From Octopus vulgaris (lineage: Eukaryota), in the NCBI GenBank assembly GCA_951406725.2, contig OX597816.1, forward strand, positions 45,880,001 through 45,944,000: 64,000 bases of DNA, read 5' to 3'. Made by a program: the position numbers and the translations under genes. The notes under the pieces were generated by a model. That model was not told the DNA's origin. It did not search any database and worked only from the letters and a program-made list of their open reading frames with translations. Below are positions 12,570-24,874 of the stretch, piece by piece (the first letter of the stretch is position 1; every line of letters starts with the position of its first letter).

Positions 12570-13245
12570 ATTCTTGCGATTCAGACCCACAGCTCAGCCC
12601 TGGGTTGACCGAAGCCTTGTGAGTGAAAAAAAAGTTTGCTGTGCACGTGTGTGTGTCGTCTCAACTCCACATGATGGCTGTACATCTCTCTAATACAAGT
12701 GATGTTTATTTCCAGTTCTCCATGAAAATACATCCAGCAATGGGAAATATTACTTCGCTTGGTAACAGGAAGAGCATCCAATTATAGAAAACCTGCCCCA
12801 ACAAGGTTGTATCTGAACCCATGCAAGCATGGAAAAGGGTATCTGACAGCAAAAGACCTACCCTAACAAAATTGTTTCTAACCCATGCAAGCATGGAAAA
12901 GGACATCTGACTATAGAAAATCTGCCCCAACAAAGCTGTATCTAAACCCATGCAAGCATGGAAAAGGGTATCTGACACCAAAAGACCTACCCTAACAAAA
13001 CTGTTTCTAACCCATGCAAGCATGGAAAAGGACATCTGACTATAGAAAATCTGCCCCAACAAAGCTGTATCTAAACCCATGCAAGCATGGAAAAGGGTAT
13101 CTGACAGCAAAAGACCTACCCTAACAAAACTGTTTCTAACCCATGCAAGCATGGAAAAGGACATCTGACTATAGAAAACCTGCCCTAACAAAATTGTGTC
13201 TGACTCATGCAAGCATGAAAAAGGTTTACCATCAAAATGATGATG
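12570..13245 (+). mobile_element. Family G SINE with tandemly amplified 3' tail
   Basis: Decayed head (aagccttgtgagtg) and G body, followed by the tail repeat and a final aaaatgatgatg. Confidence 0.75.
12782..13225 (+). repeat. 129-bp higher-order tandem repeat (alternating 65/64-bp monomers, about 3.5 units)
   Basis: (c/t)tatagaaaa at 12782, 12911, 13040 and 13169. Each monomer carries catgcaagcatg. Confidence 0.92.
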
Positions 13246-13779
13246 GTTGAATTTGCAATTTATTGCCTGTTTCCACTCGTCTCCCCTAAAATTCAAACTC
13301 TTGGAATTTGTGTGAGCAGTTATATACTTTAACCATTTAGCCATTAAGCTAGCTTTAATGAATCACAGCAAATTCCTCCTGAGCCAGTCACAGTAAATTC
13401 ATAAAAGACAAAAAGCTGAAGGGCTGAATGGTGGGAAATATTCCCAGTTTACATAATCTCATATGACATTATCAGCTGTTACATATTAAAATCTGCTGCT
13501 CCTATCACAACAAAGCATTTTAATAGTAGTAGCAGCAGCAACAACAACCAAGTTGCCACAAGCAACAACCCTGTAAGAATCAAGTTGCTTATCTCAAATT
13601 AGATCTCTTATTTGTGCTTCTCATGATCCAAGAAAGTAAAGTATCACTGAAGCAAGCTCCGTAAGATGCAAGCCGTCTCTTAATGTGAAAGAAGACACAA
13701 TATTTACGATTGCAGAATTGTCACTATCATGATCATCATCATCACAAGCATGTTGTAAGATTAATAGAGTGATAAACCA

Positions 13780-15440
13780 AGGAGCTACTGGATAAGTTAA
13801 GGGCTGATGTTATGAATGGCTTACGCAAAAAAATTCTCAACGAATTGAAATCTAACTCTCAGCTAGAGAATGATAACAAAACATTACCTGAAACTGTTAC
13901 TGATTCACAAAGAAAAGAGAGAATGAAATTTCACAAATTTAATTTACATTCTTAAGGGAAGATCTAATCTTTGTATGCAAGCAAGGGGAACAACTATGGG
14001 TATGTTTTAATCTTACTTAAGCTCATCAATGTAAAACAATCTACTTAAGCCTTCTTTGCTTAATCATGAATTTCTCTTTTTTATATTGTTACATATGAAA
14101 GGAAAAAAATGGAGATTTTTGTGAATTGTAATTGTATAATTGAAAGTGATATATACTAAAGAAAATAACATGTGTCATGAAATTTTGAAGTAATTATATG
14201 GCATATATGAAAAAGAAAATTCTCAATAAATTGAAATTCTCTCTTAACTGGCAAAGTAGAAAGATGACAAAAAATCTCTACAAGTAATTGCTAATAACGA
14301 CCAAAGAAAATTGGAGATATTTTCAAGAAATTATGACTTAATTTCACAAAAATAATTCATATGCTCAACAGAAGACCTAATCTTTCTTTGCAGGCAAGGG
14401 GAACAACTATGAGTATGATTCAGACTTACTGGAACTCATCAGCAGAGCATGATGTACATAAAAATCTTTTGGCCAGTCAATAAAGATTTTTACACAGAGA
14501 AAAATACTTATGAAGAATTTTGGCCAAATTTAATTTGCCTAAGAAAAAAAAATGAGCTAAAGGAAATAACTGAAGAGGGTCAATGGTAAGGAGTTAAGAG
14601 TAATATATCTGAATGATATATGCAAAAAGTTCTTAATATCAATAATAAGCAGGTAAAAAAAAAAATGCAAACATCTCAAGAATGCAAATGCATTAATCCA
14701 AGAACCACCATTACTGAAGCTATAATTTATATCTACACAAGTAATACCAAGCACACACACACACACAGAAATAGCTTTAACATCAATAGCCTCACTGTCC
14801 CCCAAACATTGCACACCACAAACAATAAGTGCAGTGGAACAGTAACTGTTGCAATGTAGCCGAGAACATTTTTCATGCCTCTGCAATGGCTACCACCAGA
14901 ACCTGCAGGTGCACAGAAACTGGACAGTGGAGAGCATGCAATATGTCCAAATTGTGATGTTGTTCTCCTCATGATTCATCAATGCATCTCAAACTGTGCA
15001 GTATAGTTGTCAACTAGATTTAATTCACTACTTGTCCTTAAGTGCCTTTAGCAGAGTTCAGTCTGATGCAAGTACCGGTGTGAGGTCTCCGGTTTGACAA
15101 TAACTTACTCCCATCTCTTTTCTCACTAACACAGAGGCTCTAAAAATGTTTGTCCAGTGGAGCTACAGGGACCATCTATTCATCCAGGATGACTGATGAC
15201 TTGTATGGTGTCTTTGTTTATTAAAGAGAAGAGTTGCATACTGTCATCCTCACTCCCTTGTCTGTAATGATCTTCAATCCAGTGGCAAGACCAGGTAAAC
15301 TAGAGATGGAGACTGATGCAGTGGATGACCAAGATATCCTTACTTGCCTCATTTCGATCCCTGCACACCACAATGTGTTGCTGCAGCTGCTTTCCTCTCT
15401 GTTAAACCACAAAAGTTTCTTCTGCAGAGTCCTCTAGATC
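13780..15440 (+). mobile_element. Possible highly decayed Ty3/Gypsy gag-protease remnant with internal duplication
   Basis: Two diverged copies of …gcaaggggaacaactatg… (13980 and 14394) read as [KR]QGEQL..Y…LLELI. A Cys/His-rich patch lies near 14930-15000 and KLEMETDAV near 15300. Similarity is weak and judged by eye. Confidence 0.3.
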
Positions 15441-15620
15441 TAGTATTCACAAGCACAAACAATCAAGCCCTAATATGATAACCCACAGCTGGGACCCTGA
15501 CAGGTGCTATTACTCCGGGTCAGAGTAGATCTGGGAGCAAAAGTGGCTGAGAGGTGGTTCTACACTCCATCAAAACCCAAGAACTTCTCAACCGGGGGCC
15601 TACAATTGGAGACAGTTTAA

Positions 15621-15840
15621 CCCTTTAGCATTTAAACCAGCCATGTCCAGCCAAAATGATCTACCTATTTTATCTTAAAACCAGTCAGAAATGGCCTCTC
15701 ACACTTACCCTACAATATTATTTTAAAATTTAAGAATCACAACATTGAAATCTCAGAGCTCTAAGGTAATGCAGGGTTAATTCAAATCAATATGAATAAA
15801 TAAGCATTACATTTGACAGAACAATCTGAAAGCTGAAGGA
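15621..15840 (+). mobile_element. TTAA MITE family E
   Basis: TTAA at 15617-15620 and 15841-15844. Start ccctttagcatttaaacc. Confidence 0.88.
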
Positions 15841-16863
15841 TTAAAACCACACCCAGAGGCCCTGTAAAGGATCATGGGCATTACCATTCCCTCATGATTC
15901 ATCACCATCATTTAATATCTATTTTCCATGCTGGCATAGATTGGACAGTTTAACAGGAGCTGGTAAACCAGAGGACTTCACCAAGCTCTACTCTCTGGTT
16001 TGGCATGGTTTCTATGACTGGATACCTTTCCTAACATATACAAAAAAAAAAAGTGTATCAGGTGAAAATGGATCCGTGGTTTTTACCTTATTATTCAGTC
16101 CAACTATCTATGTGCCACATTGAACTCTGCAATCAAATCTGCCAGGAGACTAAAAACCGCCGCCGCCACCATTTTCTCAATCTGCTCCACCACCATTACT
16201 ATTCACTGTGTCACCACCGCTATCTTCACCTCTATTATAATTACCTTGGAAATTCCTATCCCCCGATATAAATTTACATGTAATTGTGATTAAATATTTA
16301 CTTTAATTAATTACCATTTTTATCATCACCCATCACCACTGCTATCATCATCACTTAATGAATAACCAAACTCACCCAATAATCAAAACGTTATCAGGCT
16401 ATCAAATGGCAACTGCAATGATCTGTGATTTCCATCACTATTTTAGTTTCTTGGCTTTGTTTTATGCTTTGTTTCCTTTTGCTTAAGGCAATGTCAAGTA
16501 ATGGCTATTCATCTAAATTTCATCATGATTACTCGTGGTGAGATTGGTTACAGTGAAGAAGTTGGCATTGATGGTGCTGGGTTTTTTGTTGTTTTTTTTT
16601 GCTTTTTTGCTTTTTATTTTTTTTAATACCCTGAAAGACAATGATGTCTTTATTAGAATCATGTATGGATGGATCATGTGCAAAACCTTGCACATGTAGT
16701 AAGAGAGGCAATTTGAAATTTTTTCTGGATTCTATAAAAGCACAAAAATTTTATGAAAGACTACAAATGGCTTAAGTTAAATTTCAGCTGTTTGGTTTCA
16801 ATATCCTACCAAGCTACCATGCAGTCAAGTGCAAAATAAAATTTCAGATTTCAACATTATATC

Positions 16864-16902
<39 letters not shown>

Positions 16903-16904
<2 letters not shown>

Positions 16905-17445
16905 GGCGGCAAGCTGGGAGAATCGTTAGCACACCAGACAAAATGCTTAATGGCATTTTGACTGTCTTTTCATTCTGAGTTCACATTCCACAAAATCAGC
17001 TTTACCTTTCATCCTTTTGGGGTTATTAAAATAAGTACCAGTCAAACTTGCTGGCCTTGTGCCAAAATTTGAAATAATAATAGTCGTCGTTGTCACCACC
17101 ACCATCAAAGTGGCGACCCGGCAGGACTGTTACCATGCTGCATAAAAAAAAAATGCTTAGCGGCATTCCGCCCATCTTCATATTCTAAATTTAGATGTTG
17201 CCAAAGTCACTTTTGTCTCTCATTCTTTCATGGTCAACACTGGGGTTGATGTAATCAAGTTAGACCCTCCTCTGAAATTGCCATCCTTGAACAAAAAAAT
17301 TTGAAATTATTATTATTACTAAGGCAGTGAGCTGGCCAAACAGTTAGCATGCCAGACAAACTGCTTAGTATCATTTTGTCTGTCTTTGTGTTCTGCGTTC
17401 AAATTCCAGACAGATCAACTTTACTTTTCATACTTTCAGGATTGA
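16903..17445 (+). mobile_element. Three tandem family B SINEs after a (TTA)n tract
   Basis: Heads aaggcggcaagctgg/aagtggcgacccgg/aaggcagtgagctgg, each with gttagca…aaatgctta or a close variant. Confidence 0.82.
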
Positions 17446-17929
17446 CATTTGTATTAGTAAATTCCCCACCCACTTCTGGCATCTTACTTCACAAAATGGC
17501 TTAAAAGATCCATACAATACAAAAGATACATTTATCAGTCAAAATTGGATAATTTGACTTCAGGATTTTATCTTTGCGTAACTCCAGGTGTCAATTTTTT
17601 TGTTACGATTTACTTAATTTTCATTCTTTAGTCCACATACACTTGAGTTCCAAAAATATGAGTGCTCTATATTCATTTAGAAGTTTGAGCAGTAGATGCT
17701 CCTCAATATAATACTACAAAAAAAATACTTGCTAATAGTTTTTATAAAGCAGTAACATATTTTATGTAAAAAAATCAGTGTTTGAATCTCATACTGTGAT
17801 GAACAGAGATTAAAAGATAATATACATCCTGAAATTAAATGAACTGTTACAAACAATCATAAATGGTGTGGGGGAGGCTATACTAAAGCTAAAGAAATCA
17901 CATACACACAATGGTTTCATTAACAGCAG

Positions 17930-18298
17930 TGATACCAGTGCCGGTGGTACGTAAGAGAACCATCCGAACGTGGCCGTTGCCAGCGCCACCCCGACTGGCC
18001 TCATGCCGGTGGCATGTAAAAAGCATCATCCGATCGTGGCCGTTGCCAGTTTCATCTGGCGCCCGTGCCGGTGGCATGTAAAAAGCACCTTCCGATCGTG
18101 GCCGTTTGCCAGCTACGTCTGTCACGTAAAAAGCACCCACTACACTCACGGAGTGGTTGGCGTTAGGAAGGGCATCCAGCCGTAGAAACATTGCAGATCA
18201 GACTGGACCTGGTGCAGCCTTCTGGCTTCCCAGACCCCAGTCGAACCGTCCAACCCATGCTAGCATGGAAAGCGGACACTAAACGCTGATGATGATGA
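17930..18298 (+). mobile_element. RTE LINE 3' UTR fragment
   Basis: Same terminus as the 24-26 kb LINE: …ggcgttaggaagggcatccagc…ccatgctagcatggaaagcggac…(gat)n. Confidence 0.88.
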
Positions 18299-18439
18299 TA
18301 TTACTACTTCTCTCGTGTGCATGTATGAGTAAATAGACAGTTGAATCAGAAGGAGAGCAATGAGTGAGAAAATAACTTTGCGGGATTTGGTTCCATCCTT
18401 CTAAGCATACAGTTAATCATGCATTCCAGTTATTGTCTT

Positions 18440-18600
18440 TAGTGAAGGTGGGTGGCTTAGTTGTTTGTGAGTAGTACTCACAATTTCATAATTGTGGTTT
18501 CAATTCCCAGACCAGTTGTGTGTTGTGTTCTTGATCAAAACACTTTATTTCATGCTGCTCAGTGCTCCAGTTCCACTCAGCAGTAAATGGGTAACCTTCC
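18440..18600 (+). mobile_element. Family C SINE 5' fragment
   Basis: agtgaaggtgggtggcttagt…tgtgttgtgttcttgatcaaaacactttatttca. Confidence 0.65.
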
Positions 18601-18909
18601 AACACACTGACATACATGGGTGAGATGATGACTCAGGAAAATCACCCGCATGGAGGTCCTGCAAACCAAATCTTGAATTCAGCAACCGAAAGGATGAATA
18701 GCACAACCTATACTGTGAATTCTGATTGGTAGAGATTGGTTGTTCAACTATGTTGAAGGAATAATTCTATATAACTGTCTGTCCTATCTTCAAGGCTAAT
18801 AAAATAACTACCATACAAACTTCTGGGATTGATATAACGGACTAAAATCCTCAAATATGTTGCTCTAGCATGGCCACAATCCAGTAACTAATCAGTATAA
18901 GAATACAAG

Positions 18910-19265
18910 TTGTGTGGCTGTGTGGTACGACATTTGTTGCCTAATAACATGGTTCCAGGTTCAGTCCCATTACATGGCACCTTGGGCAAGTGTTTTTTTA
19001 TAATAGCCTTGGGCTGACTAAAGCCATGTGAGTAGATTTGACAGATGGAAACTAAAAGAAGCCCATCTCATATACATATTATATAAATATTATATATACA
19101 CACACACACACATGGTGTGCATCTATCTTTATTCCACCACTTGATGACAGTACTTGGCTTTCGAAATAAAAATCTATGTACTAGGGTCAATTCATTCAAC
19201 TAAAACACTTCAAGGTGGTGCCCCACAAGGCTGCAGTCCAATGACTGAAACAAGTAAGGATGAAA
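18910..19265 (+). mobile_element. Family A SINE (decayed)
   Basis: Head, CORE-like segment and tail aatgactgaaacaagtaa. Confidence 0.8.
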
Positions 19266-19615
19266 AAAAAAATTTCTGTTTTGTTTGTAGAATAATTATG
19301 GGGGAATCAAACACTCTAAATATCTGGCTGCATTTTAAGCTTCACCTCTCAACATTCCGTGTTCAAATCCAGGCAAGACCAAATTAGCCCTTTATGATTT
19401 TTCATAGACGAACTAATAAAATTAAGTACAGAATTATACAGGGATTAATACAATCATCTCTCTCTCTATTTCTTCAACAAATTTATAACTATGTACAAAT
19501 ATAAAAAAAAACAATATGCCCTCCCCACTTATTTTCAGACTGTTTGTACGCACGTGTGTTTGGTTAATCACTCATTGATAAGAGTCATATGATGAGATGA
19601 AAATAAAATCAACCA

Positions 19616-19671
<56 letters not shown>

Positions 19672-20309
19672 TACACCTCATTTCATTGTGTGTGGGTCCT
19701 GCTGACTCAGGTCATTGTAAATTGCAGGCAAATGTTTCATAGACATAAAACTACTTCAGACAATAACAGCAAGAAATGAGGCAAAAATGACATTGTTTCT
19801 ACAAAACTCAATAATTGTTGGCAGCTGAAATTCTTGATTGGTACTGATTTTATCCGTCTTGGATTATTGCTTTTGTTTTCAAGGTGATGATTAACCTAGG
19901 GTCAGCCATGATTGATTGATTGACTGATTGATCAGACGAATGATTAACACTGTAAATGCCAAAATTATCCCCTTTAGGTATATGAGAGGAACTACATTGT
20001 CCAATGTGTCCTTCCATTTTTGAAACTGTACTGTGTTGGCAGCTATTTCTTGCAAGTTGAGTAACCACGTAAGTCTTTATACTGCATCACAAAGTACATG
20101 CCTATGTCTCCAATGTGTACATGGCAGTGTAGATTGATATTTGACAGTGTCTTGACAGTGTAGGATGATATTTAATATAACATCAAATTCACTGTGTAGT
20201 GGGATTGCTTCATTTTTTTTTTTTTTGGTATTACTGATGATAATGATGCTGCTGCTGATGATGATTTTTAAATGAAGCACAAAACAACAAATTTGGAAGA
20301 AGGACAATT

Positions 20310-20659
20310 AGCTAATTAGATTAATTCTAGTGCTGTATTGATCCCAGAAGGATGGACAGCAAAGTCAACTCCAGCAGGATTTGAACTCAGATGTAATGAA
20401 ATACCAAAAAAGAATTTTTTTATGGCTGTCTACAGTTTCTACTAATTCAATAACAACAGCAACAACAATAATCCTTTCTATTATAGGAACAAGATCTGAA
20501 ATTTTGGCAGGAAGGGAATAGTCAGTCATATCGACCCCAATGTTAATTTATCAACACTGTAATGACATAAGACAAAGTCAACCACAGCAGAATTTGAACT
20601 CAGAACATAAATACGGAGGTTGTCCAGTGCTAGCGGTTCTGCCAGCTCACCACCACAAC

Positions 20660-20695
<36 letters not shown>

Positions 20696-21380
20696 TGTGG
20701 TGGTGGTGATGATGATGATGATTCTATTTCTAACAATTAAAGGCACAAAGCCTGGCAATTTGGTAGAGGGGACTAGTCAATTACATCGACCCCCAATGTT
20801 TCACTGGTTCTTAATTTATCAGCCCTAGAACAATGACAGGCAAAAAATCAGCCTCGGCAGAATTTAAACTCAGAACGCAAAGACAGATAAAATGCCGTGA
20901 AGCTTTTGCCCAGTGTGTTAAAGATTCTGCCAGCCCGCCATAATAATAATAATAATAATAATAATTTATGCACAAGTCCTGCAATATGGGAGGGGGTGGA
21001 TAGTCGAGTAACCCTTTCAATACCAACCCACCCAAGACAATTTTTTTGGATGTATGATACAAACTTCTTGTCTCAAAGTGATCAACATTCAAACCTTCAT
21101 TCAATCAAAATTCCACGTCAATTTATATTCCAAGTTTAAAGACAGTAAAGTTATTTTACAAGCACTTTGCTATTTTCAAAATTAAGTGAAACAAAAGCTG
21201 TGTATCTCAACAGAAATTTGGTAACGAAAAGTTTAAATCAACTGTTGTACCTAATCGGTAATATGCTTCATCAACCTCATCAGGATAACAGACAATGTCT
21301 AACTTGGTGAGGAGTCGATCCAGAATGTAAAGGGTCAGAAATAAACAACACAAAGCACTTTGTCTGATGCACCAATAATT
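20310..21380 (-). mobile_element. Tandem family B SINE cluster; last copy interrupted by MITE F
   Basis: About 4 units separated by (TAA)n/(GAT)n. Confidence 0.78.
21012..21232 (+). mobile_element. TTAA MITE family F
   Basis: ccctttcaataccaac…ggtaacgaaaagt followed by TTAA. Homologous to 34709-35005 and 36361-36991. Confidence 0.8.
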
Positions 21381-21534
21381 AATTACTGGTCAACAATTAA
21401 TTATTGCACTTAATTACTAGTCAGAATAAGTCCACATCCTCCATAAATTTAAGAGCAGAAAAGAAATGGACGCAAACATTGCAGATTCATATTACACTTT
21501 TCTTATGTTACTCATCTACAAATTCATCAATATT

Positions 21535-21915
21535 TTATGCATTGCATGCTCACATGTGTCCGACAGTTTGTTAAGGCAGATTTTCTGTGGCCAGATGCCC
21601 TTCCTGTCACCAACCCTCACCTGTTTCCAAGAAAGTTTTTCCTATGACACACATTTTCACAGATGATTGGAAACAAAGGACACCACTCATGTAACAGTGG
21701 CACTTGTTTACAACCATCACACAATGTAATGGCAAGGAGACAAGCAGACAGACAGGCAGGCAGACACACAATGAATTTCTTTCAGTTTCCGTCTACCAAA
21801 TCTACTCACAAGGCTTTGGTTGGCCTGAGGCTATAATAGAAGTCACTTGCCAAAGGTGCCATGCAGTGAGACTGAACCTGGAACCATGTGGTTGGGAAGC
21901 AAACTTCTCACCACA
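21535..21915 (-). mobile_element. Family G SINE
   Basis: Same body and head arrangement as 3295-3714. Confidence 0.8.
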
Positions 21916-23064
21916 TCAATATGTGAGTAACAAATCAAAAGTCACAGCAACTACTCTAATAAATAATACTTAATTTATATAATCATACTGACAGTGCTAC
22001 ATTTTAAAACAGCAGGCAACAGAAGAACAAGCGGAACCATATTACTGAGCCTATTATTACACAAGTTGTCAAGACAGCAATGGACATTATCATTAGGCTA
22101 GGAGCATAAACACCAAGAAATCAAAACTCAAGTAGATACTTCTTAGATCTTGCAGCACTGTGTCATGTGCATCTTATAAGCTGCTGTCATCATAACCACT
22201 ACCAACATCACCGACCAATACTACTGCTGTAACTACAAACTTCCTTCTGTATTACCAAAATCACAAACTATCATCACTACAACCACCACCACCACCACTG
22301 CTGCTGCTGCTGCTGCCACCCTGACTACTTAATCATCACTTTGTGCTGTCTTCCTGAAGCATTAATAAAGAAAGATTAGCCAGCCTCTCAAGTAGAACCT
22401 CGTATATTTAGAAGAAAATGTCATCTAATCAATTTGAAATGTTTACAGATCACTAACAAAGTGATAATATATTCAAGTTCCTTGTGCCTTGCTTTTTGTT
22501 CATTGCAAAATCAAAATTTCAGGACAATATTAAATTAAGCTGGAATTTCTAGTGACTCAACTGACCAACACCACAGAAGTTGGTTTATGCTACTGCTTTT
22601 GTTGTTGATGATGATTAACCTAGGCCATCCTCTGATTGAGCAGACAAAAGAGCTAAGATGTAAATGCTATTATCACCCCATGTATGTACATGAGAGGGAC
22701 AATCATTAACTACCGTGTCCTTCCTTTTTAAAAACTCTAGTGTGTGACTCAAAGTGAGATTCAACTGCTATTGACTGCTACATGTTCTTTTGACCTATGA
22801 GAACATAGGTCTGGGGAATCTGTAAAGATTCCTCTCTTTTGCTCTCACATTTATCTACGTATTTGTTTATTTTTCCTTTCATGAAATAAGAAACAAAAAA
22901 TAACAGATACACTTACCAAATACTATTTTTGTTGTTGTTTAGGTCCCAACTAGGCCCTGATCAAATAGATCAAAAATCAAAAAAACATCTGAGCTGTGAT
23001 GATCATCCAGTCTTTTTTCTATTTATAGAATACACTAATCCCATGTGTGTCACCTTTCTTTTAA

Positions 23065-23580
23065 CCCTTTAGCATTCAAACTGGCCATATCTGGACCAAA
23101 TATTCTACTCGCTTTATGTTCAAACAGGCCAGATCCAGCCTCTCACACTTAGCAGACAATGTCATTCTAAAAATTAACAAAGCATGACTACGTGATAAGA
23201 AGCTTGCTTCCCAACCACATGGCACCTTGGGCAAATGTCTTCTACCATATCCTCAGGCTGACCAAAGACTTGTGAGTGGAGTTGGTAGATGGAAACTGAA
23301 AGAAGCCCATCATACATACATACATATATATGTGTGTGTGTGTCTGTGTTTGTCTCCCCACCATCACTTGACAACTGATGTTGGTGTGTTTATATTCCCA
23401 TAACTTAGTGGTTTGGCAAAAGAGAACGATAGAATAAGTACTAGGCTCACAAAGAATAAAAAAGATACACAATCACATCATTGAAATCTTCAATTTATGA
23501 GATAATGCATGATTAATTCAAAATAATAGAAATAAAGATGCACTGCATTTAACACAGTAATTAGAACAGAATAGTAAAGG
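23065..23580 (+). mobile_element. MITE E interrupted by a family A SINE (about 23180-23465)
   Basis: The MITE breaks at …aaaaattaacaa and resumes at …caatcacatcattgaaatc. Confidence 0.82.
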
Positions 23581-24351
23581 AATAAATATGAAGAAACTGA
23601 ACCCTACATGATAGAATTATGTCGAGTACAGCAGGGTGTACAGAAAGATGGTGCTTAACTCCATATTAGAAAAGTTCAAATGAAGAAGCATAAACCTCTC
23701 CTACTCTAGAGAGAGAGAGAGAGAGAGAGAGCAAGCAGTGATTGCTTCAAAGAGTAAAGAGTAATATTCCTTTATTAGGATCTGCCTTACGTTAGTAAAC
23801 AGCTGAAGATGTTAATGGGAGATATGGAGAGTAAACAATGTCATAGACCGCTCAAGAACGACATCAAGTAATGAACACCTTCTGTGAGCTATTAAAAATA
23901 GCAAAACATTAATGTGCATTTAGCACTTCAAATATAACTGACTGTCTGTGAGAAAAGGTACACCAACAACAGTCAGTACATTCTATCTATATACCAAAGT
24001 CTGCTCCATGTTGTAAAGCTGGATGGAACAAATTGTGTCTTCAGAATTAGTGTTTTACAGCTACATCATCATCATCATCATCGTCGTTTAACGTCCGTTC
24101 TCCATGCTAGCATGGGTTGGACGGTTCGACCGGGGTTCTGGGAAGCCAGAAGGCTGCACCAGGCTCCAGTCTAATCTGGCAATGTTTCTACAGCTGGATG
24201 CCCTTCCTAACGCCAACCACTCCGTGAGTGTAGTGGGTGCTTTTTACGTGCCACCTGCACAGGTGCCAGGCGGGGCTGGCAACGGCCACGGTCAGATTGG
24301 TGTATTTTATGTGCCACCGGCACGGAAGCCAGTCGAGGCGGTGCTGGCATC

Positions 24352-24790
24352 GGCCACGAGTCGGATAGTGCTTTTTACGTACCACCAGACCAGGGATCCT
24401 GGCTGGTTCAATTCGATTTCGATTTCGCTTGCCCCAACATGTCTTCACAAGCAAAGGGGTTGGCAAGGGTGCCTGTCGTACGGTCGCATTGGAGTATTTT
24501 ACGTGCCACGGCCACGAGTCGGATAGTGCTTTTTACGTACCACCAGACCAGGGATCCTGGCTGGTTCAATTCGATTTCGATTGCCCCAACATGTCTTCAC
24601 AAGCAAAGGGGGTTGGCATGGGTGCCTGTCGTACGGTCGCATTGGAGTATTTTACGTGCCACGGCCACGAGTCGGATAGTGCTTTTTACGTACCACCAGG
24701 CCAGGGATCCTGGCTGGTTCAATTCGGTTTCGATTTCGCTTGCCCCAACATGTCTTCGCAAGCATGGGGGGTTGGCATGGGTGTCTGTCA
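24352..24790. repeat. Tandem triplication (~153-158 bp) within the LINE 3' UTR
   Basis: ggccacgagtcggatagtgctttttacgtacc at 24352, 24510 and 24663. Confidence 0.92.
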
Positions 24791-24874
24791 TCGGATGAGG
24801 TTCTATATCGACTTCGCTTGCCTCAACCGGTCTTTGTGTCCAAGGGAGGAAAGGCATTCATAAGTGGGCTGGGC

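Noticed and set aside
12706-13344. 212-aa repetitive ORF
   Set aside because: It arises because the 129-bp repeat period is a multiple of 3 and it is antisense to a SINE tail. No sign of a real protein.
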